A stretch of DNA of 21,061 nt from an uncultured archaeon (GTDB lineage Archaea > Altiarchaeota > Altiarchaeia > IMC4 > SCGC-AAA252-I15). The notes under the pieces are model-generated. The model saw only the letters and a list, made by a program, of their open reading frames with translations, was not told where the DNA came from and ran no database searches. The DNA lies in contig CAZPLO010000021.1 in the NCBI GenBank assembly GCA_964587725.1, positions 1 through 21,061 on the forward strand, read 5' to 3'. The translations under genes were made by a program, and so were the position numbers. How positions within the stretch are numbered: position 1 is the first letter of the stretch; each line of letters begins with the position of its first letter. This document shows positions 7,518-14,195 of the stretch, one piece after another.

Positions 7518-7828
7518 TCTCCCCCCTCTTCACCGGCCTCACCCTTCGACACCCTCTCCAGGTAACGCACGAGGCCTTCGAGTTCGTGGGCGACGTCCTC
7601 TCCGAGTTCCGTGAGCATCACGTATTTTATGCGGCCGTCCTTCTCGAACTCCACCAGCCCGTAGCCTTTCAATTCGTCGAGTATCTTCAGGGTGTGGGTG
7701 TAGGTGCAGTCGTTCTCCTTCGACAGCACGGAAGCGTATTTCTTCTCGTCGCTCCTCAGACTCAGTATTATGCCCGCAGGCTTCTCATGCAGGAGCAGGT
7801 TCACAATGTCTCTGTCGGCCAACGACAT
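7514..7828 (-). CDS. Winged-helix (MarR-like) DNA-binding protein
   Basis: YASVLSKENDCTYTHTLKILDELKGYGLVEFEKDGRIKYVMLTELG is an archaeal wHTH pattern; own TATA CTTATATA at 7863-7856. Confidence 0.85.
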   Translation of the reverse strand: MSLADRDIVNLLLHEKPAGIILSLRSDEKKYASVLSKENDCTYTHTLKILDELKGYGLVEFEKDGRIKYVMLTELGEDVAHELEGLVRYLERVSKGEAGEEGGE

Positions 7829-7855
7829 CACCACATAAAAGAATATATCCGAGAG

Positions 7856-7863
7856 TATATAAG
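7856..7863 (-). promoter_or_regulatory. TATA box for the wHTH/coiled-coil/KaiC operon
   Basis: CTTATATA on the minus strand directly after the Hsp20 stop, about 27 nt before ATG 7828. Confidence 0.5.
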
Positions 7864-8229
7864 TTATTTTTTGGGCGCCTTCACGGTGAGGACGCCGTCT
7901 CGGTGCTCCACCTTAATGTTGTCGGGGTCTATGGGCACGGGCGTGACGTAGCTGTTGTGGAATTTCACGTCCCCTTCGTCGCCTTTCTCCAGAATCAATG
8001 TGACGTCTATGCTGTTGACGGTGGCGGAAACCTCCACATCCTCCTCCTCGTAGCCTTGGATGCAGGACTCCAACACTATGAAGTCGTCTTCCTCGTCTAT
8101 TTCGGCGTGCAGCTTCAAGGTGGCGGGCATGTGGCCGCGGTGGCGCTTGAAAAAAGGCGTTACCGTGATGTCCTCCACCATGTGCCGGTGCTGCCTTCCA
8201 GAATCATCGACCGCGGAGTCGTCCTCCAT
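7864..8229 (-). CDS. Hsp20/alpha-crystallin domain protein
   Basis: EIDEEDDFIVLESCIQGYEEEDVEV...PVPIDPDNIKVEHRDGVLTVKAPKK matches the ACD pattern (PG..kedi.V; P..id...i.a...nGVL.v..PK). Confidence 0.75.
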   Translation of the reverse strand: MEDDSAVDDSGRQHRHMVEDITVTPFFKRHRGHMPATLKLHAEIDEEDDFIVLESCIQGYEEEDVEVSATVNSIDVTLILEKGDEGDVKFHNSYVTPVPIDPDNIKVEHRDGVLTVKAPKK

Positions 8230-8247
8230 GGTAAGAAATAGTCGGCG

Positions 8248-8505
8248 TTATTTAAGTTTGGATTCCACAGCCTTCTTGAACGCGCCCCACTCCTTCCCCA
8301 ACTGGGTGACCGCCTTCTTCAGCTCCGCCTTCGCGTCCTTGGCTTCCACATGCAGGCGGAAACCCTCTTTGAGGGGGTGGGGTTCGTAGGTGTAGGCGTC
8401 GACGCCGTTGTCGACCAAGACGCCCTCCAAGGCTATGGCAACCTCCTTCTCGTCGAACTCGATTTCGACGCTCCCCTTCTTCCGTTCAACGAACTTGAAC
8501 TCCAT
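8248..8505 (-). CDS. rpoL: DNA-directed RNA polymerase subunit L (Rpo11), divergent
   Basis: 85 aa, Y..PHPL motif, C-terminal amphipathic helix, canonical position directly downstream of csl4; lacks the usual EDHTL motif. Confidence 0.75.
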   Translation of the reverse strand: MEFKFVERKKGSVEIEFDEKEVAIALEGVLVDNGVDAYTYEPHPLKEGFRLHVEAKDAKAELKKAVTQLGKEWGAFKKAVESKLK

Positions 8506-8507
8506 CT

Positions 8508-9068
8508 TCAGAACTCTCCGACGTTTCCGTAGTCGCCGGATATCTTCCGCGTCTCAACGCTGCTGCAGTTCGGACACTCCAGCTTCCCCTTATGCTTCTC
8601 CGACTTCTCCATGGGGTGCCTGCACCGCTTGCAGAACGCCTTAACCACACCGTATTCGTCGCCTTTGGTGCTCAAGTCTATGACGTTGTCGTCCATCTTC
8701 AGCACCTGCGCCTTCACTATGTCCCCGACCGCGAACTCGTTCTCGGGCTTGTCCACGTACTTGTCGGATATGTTCGAAACGTATATGGTGGTCCTCTCGT
8801 CTATCACGCCCTTCTGCCCCTGTATCTTGCCTACTATGACGGTGGCGACGCTGCTCTTCAACGTCATCACCTCGCCGAACACGGTCTGCCCCACCTCCAG
8901 GCTGGGCAGGTCCTTGCCGTGGACTTCCGCGACGTGCTTCGCGGGATCAACGGCCTTGAAACCTATCTTTGCGGCGTATATTTTCCCGTCTTCAGAATAT
9001 GTGCCCTTCCCGGGCATGAACTCCTCGATCGTGCCGAGGTAATCCCCTATCATAACCTTCTCTTCCAT
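8508..9068 (-). CDS. csl4: Exosome complex RNA-binding protein Csl4
   Basis: N-terminal GD.LG.IEEF.PG.GTY, S1 domain (GDIVKAQV), GVVKAFCKRC...LECPNCSSVETRKIS.DY zinc ribbon. Confidence 0.95.
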   Translation of the reverse strand: MEEKVMIGDYLGTIEEFMPGKGTYSEDGKIYAAKIGFKAVDPAKHVAEVHGKDLPSLEVGQTVFGEVMTLKSSVATVIVGKIQGQKGVIDERTTIYVSNISDKYVDKPENEFAVGDIVKAQVLKMDDNVIDLSTKGDEYGVVKAFCKRCRHPMEKSEKHKGKLECPNCSSVETRKISGDYGNVGEF

Positions 9069-9095
9069 TCTTCACACTCCCATATATTACAGAAT

Positions 9096-9112
9096 CCTGC
9101 TTTATAAGCAGG
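9096..9112. promoter_or_regulatory. Inverted repeat CCTGCTT-TAT-AAGCAGG containing a TATA-like CTTATAAA upstream of csl4
   Basis: Perfect 7-bp arms immediately after the ahcY stop; SD-like GGGAGTG before the csl4 ATG. Confidence 0.4.
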
Positions 9113-10357
9113 TTACGTGCCCTCCTCCCACGAGGAGAGATACTCTGTCTGCCGGCCGGTGAGCTCGTCAATCCGCAACCCCATCGTCTCCAATTTCATC
9201 CGCGCCACCCCCTCGTCGATTTCACGTGGTATGGGGTGTACGCCCGGCTCCAAACTGTTTTCGTTTATGTATTTGCACGCCAACGCCTGGTTGGCGAACG
9301 ACATGTCCATGACCTCGCTCGGATGGCCTTCCGCGGCAGCCAGATTCACCAGCCGCCCTTCAGCCAGCAAATAAATGTGGCCGCCCTTCTTGAGCGCGTA
9401 CTCTTCGACGTTATCCCTTATCGTCTTCTTCCCATTGCTCAACTCCTCCAGCGCGGGTATGTCTATCTCCACGTTGAAGTGCCCCGCATTGCATACTACG
9501 GCGCCGGCCTTCATCCGCTCAAAATGCCTTTTCACTATGATGTCCCGGTCCCCCGTCGCCGTAATGAACACGTCCCCCATGCAGGCCGCGTCGTCCATGG
9601 GCATCACCATGTACCCGTCCATCGCAGCCCGCAGCGCCAATGTGGGGTCCACTTCCGTGACGATGACCTGCGCGCCCATGCCCCTCGCACGCGCGGCGAC
9701 TCCGCGGCCGCACCACCCGTACCCTGCTATGACAACGACCTTGCCGGCGAACAGTATGCTGGTGGCCCGCAGTATGCCGTCTATGGTGCTCTGGCCTGTG
9801 CCGTAGTGGTTGTCGAACATGTGTTTCGTGTCCGCGTCGTTGGTGGCCATCACCGGATACTTCAACGCGCCGTCCGCCTCCATCGCCCGCAGCCGGATGA
9901 CTCCGGTGGTCGTCTCCTCACACCCGCCTTTAATACCTCCCAGGAGGTTGGTGCGTTCCTTATGCACCACTGAAATCAGGTCTGCGCCGTCGTCCACCGT
10001 GATGTTCGGTTTATGGTCCAACACCTTGTTGATGTTTGAATAGTATTCCTCGTTGGTTTCGCCGCGCCACGCGTACACGTCCACGCCCGCGTCGGCCAAC
10101 GCTGCTGCGACGTCGTCCTGCGTCGACAATGGGTTGCAGCCGGTGATGGCGACTTCAGCGCCTCCCGCCACGAGGGTCTCCACCAGCACCGCCGTCTCCT
10201 TCGTCACGTGCAGTGCGAATCCGACGGTTACGCCATCCAACGGCTTCTTTTCACTGAATTCTTCGCGTATCCTCACCAGCACCGGCATGTGGTCCTCGGC
10301 CCACCGAATCTTCAATCTGCCGGCGTCCGCCAGCCGGGGGTCTTTCACTTCACTCAT
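9113..10357 (-). CDS. ahcY: Adenosylhomocysteinase (S-adenosyl- or S-inosyl-homocysteine hydrolase)
   Basis: [39 protein letters not shown]-binding [30 protein letters not shown]. Confidence 0.97.
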   Translation of the reverse strand: MSEVKDPRLADAGRLKIRWAEDHMPVLVRIREEFSEKKPLDGVTVGFALHVTKETAVLVETLVAGGAEVAITGCNPLSTQDDVAAALADAGVDVYAWRGETNEEYYSNINKVLDHKPNITVDDGADLISVVHKERTNLLGGIKGGCEETTTGVIRLRAMEADGALKYPVMATNDADTKHMFDNHYGTGQSTIDGILRATSILFAGKVVVIAGYGWCGRGVAARARGMGAQVIVTEVDPTLALRAAMDGYMVMPMDDAACMGDVFITATGDRDIIVKRHFERMKAGAVVCNAGHFNVEIDIPALEELSNGKKTIRDNVEEYALKKGGHIYLLAEGRLVNLAAAEGHPSEVMDMSFANQALACKYINENSLEPGVHPIPREIDEGVARMKLETMGLRIDELTGRQTEYLSSWEEGT

Positions 10358-10398
10358 TCTGAGGGAAACTATTAAGAATACAGTATATTAATAACTCG

Positions 10399-10611
10399 AT
10401 GAAGATTCAGCGAAGGGTGGAGCCTGTGAACAAAATCACTCCCCCGAGGAAGCCGCAGGACCAATACAGCGACGCCGAAGACGCGGAAAGACGGCGGAGG
10501 AACGAACGACTTCCGGAGCCGAAGAAGAAACAGGCAGAAGACCCGGGCATATACGGTCCGGACGGGAAACCCGTTAAAGAAAAGGGTAGAAACCTGGACG
10601 TGGAAGTCTAA
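10399..10611 (+). CDS. Small, probably disordered hypothetical protein ending in IYGPDGK...KGRNLDVEV
   Basis: 70 aa, charged and Pro-rich, fills an intergenic gap, stop codon overlaps that of the convergent gene. Confidence 0.65.
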   Translation: MKIQRRVEPVNKITPPRKPQDQYSDAEDAERRRRNERLPEPKKKQAEDPGIYGPDGKPVKEKGRNLDVEV

Positions 10612-11033
10612 GCCAGGGCCTGGAATTCCCCGGGCCCCACGTCGCCTTCCCTCTTCAGCCGTAGTGTGGTGTAGTCTGCGCCGCCTGCGTCGCCCACCAG
10701 GTGAACTCCGTTGGGGTTGACGTAGCTGACCTCCACGGGTCTGCCGCCCTTGAAACCGACTTCGAAGTGCTCTCCTTCAAAACCCCCTCTGGGCTTCAAA
10801 TTCAGGCTCTCCCTGCCGGTGCCCGCATACCGTATGCCCACGTAGTCCTGGAACTTTGTCAGCATTGTGGTGGCTTCCCCCTGGGTGACCTCATGGTCAA
10901 GCATCTTCCTCCTGATGCCGGTGATGTCCCGGAGCAGCTGCGACGACTTCTCCAGCTCCTCGGAGGATATTTTAACCCTCTCCAGCTCCGGCGGCTTCAC
11001 AGCCGGAGGCCTCTCCTTAACAGCAGGTGTCAT
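10608..11033 (-). CDS. Hypothetical protein
   Basis: GC3-rich ORF; ATG 11033 (MTPAVKERPP) preferred over 11075, which runs into the divergent promoter region. Confidence 0.65.
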   Translation of the reverse strand: MTPAVKERPPAVKPPELERVKISSEELEKSSQLLRDITGIRRKMLDHEVTQGEATTMLTKFQDYVGIRYAGTGRESLNLKPRGGFEGEHFEVGFKGGRPVEVSYVNPNGVHLVGDAGGADYTTLRLKREGDVGPGEFQALA

Positions 11034-11080
11034 GTTACATCCTTGGAATCCCTCTTTAATTAGCTTACACAACATAGGTT

Positions 11081-11656
11081 ATGGCCGAAGAGTACGTGGG
11101 TCGGAAATTCCGGACCGTGTTCGCCGACGGAGGCCGGCCGGACCCCACAGTAGTGGATGAAATAATCGCCGCCGGCAAACGACTTCATGAGCTGGGTTTG
11201 ACTCCGGAGAACGCGGGCAACATCAGCGTCCGCACGGATGAGGGGATGCTGGTTACCGTCGGCGGCGTCAGCAAAGGCTCGTTGACCCGCGACGACGTTG
11301 TTGAGGTGGTGGACTTCGACTTCGCCACAGCCAAGGCGGTGGGTTCGAAGGAGCCTTCGTCGGAGGTGCCGATGCACTGGCTCATCTACCAGAGCTACCC
11401 GATGGTCAACGCCGTAGTACACGCCCACGACCAACTGGCTGTTGAGCGGGCGGACAAGCTGAAGCTGCTGCTCGGCGTGCATTCGACGGTGAAGGAGTCC
11501 CACTACGGCACCGAAGACCAGGCTTATCAGGTGGTGGAGGCATTAAAACACAGCCAGTACGCCGTCATCCGAGACCACGGCGTCGTCTCCATGGGGGAAT
11601 CGTTGGATGAGGCGCTGAACCTGCTCGTAACCATACACCTCCGGCTGAAGGGTTAA
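11081..11656 (+). CDS. Class II aldolase/adducin family protein (FucA/MtnB-like)
   Basis: AGNISVR, PSSEVPMH..IY, metal-binding VVHAH and DHG motifs. Confidence 0.9.
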   Translation: MAEEYVGRKFRTVFADGGRPDPTVVDEIIAAGKRLHELGLTPENAGNISVRTDEGMLVTVGGVSKGSLTRDDVVEVVDFDFATAKAVGSKEPSSEVPMHWLIYQSYPMVNAVVHAHDQLAVERADKLKLLLGVHSTVKESHYGTEDQAYQVVEALKHSQYAVIRDHGVVSMGESLDEALNLLVTIHLRLKG

Positions 11657-11949
11657 CGGTACATGGGTCCGCCGTATTCTCCTGTTTTACGTCCGCTGCC
11701 TCTCTTCAACTTCTTACGCTGGTCCGCCTTCACGCCCAAGGTGACCTTCCCCCTACCCGTGGGTCTCACGTATTTTCTGTCCGGCAGCTCATCCAACACG
11801 ATGTATCCTTCACGGAGAAGGTTCTTCAATGCCGCGTCGAAGCCGCGGGCCTTCACCCTCTTCCTCAGCCCCTCCGCGGTGACGGGATACTGTTCGGCCA
11901 CGGCCTCCAGTATCCTCGCCTCCAGACTGTCTTTTTTGAAAGTCCGCAT
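11653..11949 (-). CDS. Small basic winged-helix protein
   Basis: SLEARILE....YPVTAEGLR...LKNLLREGYIVLDELPDRKYVR fits a wHTH pattern; basic C-terminal tail. Confidence 0.7.
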   Translation of the reverse strand: MRTFKKDSLEARILEAVAEQYPVTAEGLRKRVKARGFDAALKNLLREGYIVLDELPDRKYVRPTGRGKVTLGVKADQRKKLKRGSGRKTGEYGGPMYR

Positions 11950-11998
11950 CGAAGACTTTATATAGTGTCTGTGTTAATACATGCTGATAGGGGCTGAA

Positions 11999-12991
11999 AT
12001 GAGGATAGAAGGGAGACAGTACAGGAGCGTGTGGCTGGAGGACAAGAAGGTGAGGGTGATAGACCAGCGCCTCATCCCGCATGAGTTCAAGGTTGTGTCG
12101 TATAATTCGTTTGAGGAGGTGGCGGACGCGATAACGTCGATGGTCGTCAGGGGCGCGCCCGCCATAGGGGCTGCGGGATGCTACGGGATGGCGCTGGCTG
12201 AGCTCAACGGAAAAGACCTCCAGAACGCTTATGATAAGCTGTACAAGAGCAGGCCCACCGCATACGATTTGAAGGACGCATTGGATTATTACATGAAACA
12301 CGACGGCGAACCCGCGTGGAAGGCCGACACCTACGCGAACGAGTCCGCGGAACGCTGCCGGATGATCGGAGTCCACGGAGCAGAGTTGATAGAAGACGGC
12401 ATGCGTCTGCTGACGCACTGCAACGCCGGCGCGTTGGCGTGCGTGGACTGGGGCACCGCGTTGGCGCCCATGCGTGTCGCCCGCGACCAGGGGAAAGACA
12501 TTCACGTGTGGGTGGATGAGACCCGGCCCCGCTGCCAGGGCAGCAGGATTACGGCGTGGGAGCTGTATCAGGAGGGCATCTCCCACAAGATACTGGTGGA
12601 CAACGCCGCCGGCCACCTGATGGCGGCCGGCCAGGTGGATTTGGTGATAGTCGGCGCAGACCGCATAGCCGCCAACGGGGATGTCGCAAACAAGATTGGA
12701 ACCTATGAGAAGGCGGTGCTGGCGAAGGAAAACGGCATACCGTTTTACGTGGCCGCTCCGTCCAGCACCTTCGATCCCGCGTGCCCCGCCGGCTCCAAGA
12801 TACCGATTGAAGGCCGTCCGCTGGATGAGGTCACGCACATGTTCGGCGTCGACGACGACGGGAAGTGGACGCGGGTGCGCGTCTCCCATGAAGGCTGTGA
12901 GGCGGTGAACCCCGCATTCGACGTCACCCCCGCAGAGTACGTGACGGGAGTCATAACCGAAGAAGGCGTGAGAAACCGCAATAGTTTATAA
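11999..12991 (+). CDS. mtnA: S-methyl-5-thioribose-1-phosphate isomerase (eIF-2B-like family; possibly 5-deoxyribose-1-phosphate isomerase)
   Basis: IDQRLIP, MVVRGAPAIG, SRPTA, LTHCNAG, DETRP..QG, GADRIAANGDVANKIGTY, NPAFDVTP. TTTATATA at 11957-11964 favours ATG 11999 over 11981. Confidence 0.95.
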   Translation: MRIEGRQYRSVWLEDKKVRVIDQRLIPHEFKVVSYNSFEEVADAITSMVVRGAPAIGAAGCYGMALAELNGKDLQNAYDKLYKSRPTAYDLKDALDYYMKHDGEPAWKADTYANESAERCRMIGVHGAELIEDGMRLLTHCNAGALACVDWGTALAPMRVARDQGKDIHVWVDETRPRCQGSRITAWELYQEGISHKILVDNAAGHLMAAGQVDLVIVGADRIAANGDVANKIGTYEKAVLAKENGIPFYVAAPSSTFDPACPAGSKIPIEGRPLDEVTHMFGVDDDGKWTRVRVSHEGCEAVNPAFDVTPAEYVTGVITEEGVRNRNSL

Positions 12992-13034
12992 AAAAACATA
13001 AATAATTTAAAAAATTTATAAATAATTATAAATT
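12985..13034. terminator. Almost pure A/T spacer between convergent genes, with a 9-bp inverted repeat (13013-13021/13026-13034)
   Basis: AATTTATAA-ATAA-TTATAAATT; ATAAATAATT repeated at 12998 and 13018. Confidence 0.35.
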
Positions 13035-13099
13035 CACTCCCTGTCGTCCGGCCCCAGCCCTATCATCCAGTATATCAGACTCCATGCGCTCATGTACAT
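13034..13099 (-). CDS. Putative micropeptide MYMSAWSLIYWMIGLGPDDRE (21 aa)
   Basis: SD-like GGGGTG just upstream, 12 nt after the stop of the preceding zinc-finger ORF; hydrophobic/aromatic core with acidic tail. Confidence 0.4.
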   Translation of the reverse strand: MYMSAWSLIYWMIGLGPDDRE

Positions 13100-13111
13100 C
13101 TTACACCCCGT

Positions 13112-13288
13112 TCAGTAATTCCAATGGTCCCTGCACTCGTCTGCGCCGCCCTGGAACACGCAAACAGGACACAGGTGTCTTTCGACAGCCACCTGCTCGC
13201 CGTCGAAGTGCCTGCACTCCGTGTAGGCGTACTTCCACGTCCTCGTGTCATGGAGCGGGAGGGCCCCGCACCTCGGGCAGCGCATCAT
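13112..13288 (-). CDS. Small zinc-finger microprotein (58 aa; CPRCG...HLCPVC)
   Basis: MMRCPRCGALPLHDTRTWKYAYTECRHFDGEQVAVERHLCPVCVFQGGADECRDHWNY; CPxCG-type knuckle; GC3-rich codons; below the ORF-track length cutoff. Confidence 0.7.
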   Translation of the reverse strand: MMRCPRCGALPLHDTRTWKYAYTECRHFDGEQVAVERHLCPVCVFQGGADECRDHWNY

Positions 13289-13292
13289 TTTC

Positions 13293-13352
13293 TTATGCCG
13301 TTTTTCCGGCCAATACCTCCTTCACCAGCCGGTCGAAGTCCTCCTCAGTCAA
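13293..13352 (-). CDS. Putative micropeptide MTEEDFDRLVKEVLAGKTA (19 aa, TTG start)
   Basis: SD GAGGTGG a few nt upstream, TATA-like CTTTTAAT at 13393-13386, amphipathic helix, stop 4 nt before the zinc-finger ATG. Confidence 0.4.
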   Translation of the reverse strand: MTEEDFDRLVKEVLAGKTA

Positions 13353-13739
13353 CTTAACCCACCTCAGTCACACATTAGATAACCCATTAAAAGACGTTGG
13401 GGCCAAGTTAGTGTTAAAACAGTGGGCGTTGAGTGATAAACCGAAAACCATGGGGTTTTTTACCGTGTTAACCCAAATAACATTGGGTGTGTTGGATGCC
13501 GGTGGAACTCTACGAGAACACGCGGGAACACTACTACGTCATAAAAGACGGCGACTCCATACTGAAGCTGAGCGAAAAAGACTTCAACGCCATGAAGAAG
13601 GTGGGGATGAGTCCGCTGCTGAAGAAACTCTGGGATCAGGCGAAGGCCGAACGCCAGCAGCATTAGTAGCTGGAAGGCGGCGTTAGTTGCCTAATTGGGC
13701 GTGTAACTCCTTCATCGGCGTCTTCACCAGCCGGTCGAA
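13320..13739. repeat. Exact 18-bp direct repeat CTTCACCAGCCGGTCGAA (13320-13337 and 13722-13739)
   Basis: Both copies read by eye; both encode FDRLVK on the minus strand. Confidence 0.8.
13496..13666 (+). CDS. Small hypothetical protein (56 aa)
   Basis: MPVELYENTREHYYVIKDGDSILKLSEKDFNAMKKVGMSPLLKKLWDQAKAERQQH; SD-like GGGTG upstream; GC3-rich codons; below the ORF-track cutoff. Confidence 0.7.
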   Translation: MPVELYENTREHYYVIKDGDSILKLSEKDFNAMKKVGMSPLLKKLWDQAKAERQQH

Positions 13740-14165
13740 TTCCGGGTCCCCCAGTATCCTGCGCGTCTTCTCGAACACGTACACGTCCCGGTTGTCTACT
13801 TCAGCCGGCTTCAGCCCCTCGAGACCTAACCCCCACATGTCCTTCAGGGACTTGTGTTCCATCTGCCCTACCCTCTCATGGGATACACCGTATGCGCCGG
13901 CTATCTCCTTCTGGGTGTAGGTTCTCCCGCCCTCGGTTCCGATGCCGTTGCGGAGCTTCACCACCAGCCGGTAACGGGGCTTCAGGGTGTTGAGGGCTGC
14001 GTGCAGTTTTCCCACGCCTTCGGCAGCAACCATCTGGTCCACGGGGTCGGCGGCTTCCCCGAGTTCATGGGTTCTCTCTATTGCAGCCAACTCCTCGTTG
14101 GGCGTACGCTGCCTTCTCAGACGGTCCATGAAAACCTGCAGCGGATCCTTCTCTGCGACGGTCAT
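13683..14165 (-). CDS. Stand-alone sigma-70 region 4-like HTH protein
   Basis: LHAALNTLKPRYRLVVKLRNGIGTEGGRTYTQKEIAGAYGVSHERVGQMEHKSLKDM aligns by eye to RpoD/RpoS region 4 (L..L..RE..V..LRFG......T..E.G....V.RERIRQIE.KAL..L); TATA-like CTTATAG upstream. Confidence 0.75.
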   Translation of the reverse strand: MTVAEKDPLQVFMDRLRRQRTPNEELAAIERTHELGEAADPVDQMVAAEGVGKLHAALNTLKPRYRLVVKLRNGIGTEGGRTYTQKEIAGAYGVSHERVGQMEHKSLKDMWGLGLEGLKPAEVDNRDVYVFEKTRRILGDPEFDRLVKTPMKELHAQLGN

Positions 14166-14195
14166 AAATATAAGCTGGAAGGACTGGACTATAAG

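Noticed and set aside
13084-13686. 200-aa plus-strand ORF from the track
   Set aside because: Arg/Ser-rich non-protein-like composition, crosses an AT-rich promoter region, and is better explained by four small ORFs in other frames.
13320-13739. 18-bp repeat as a DGR template/variable repeat pair or prophage att sites
   Set aside because: Too short, no adenine-specific mismatches, and no reverse transcriptase, integrase or tRNA gene in the window.
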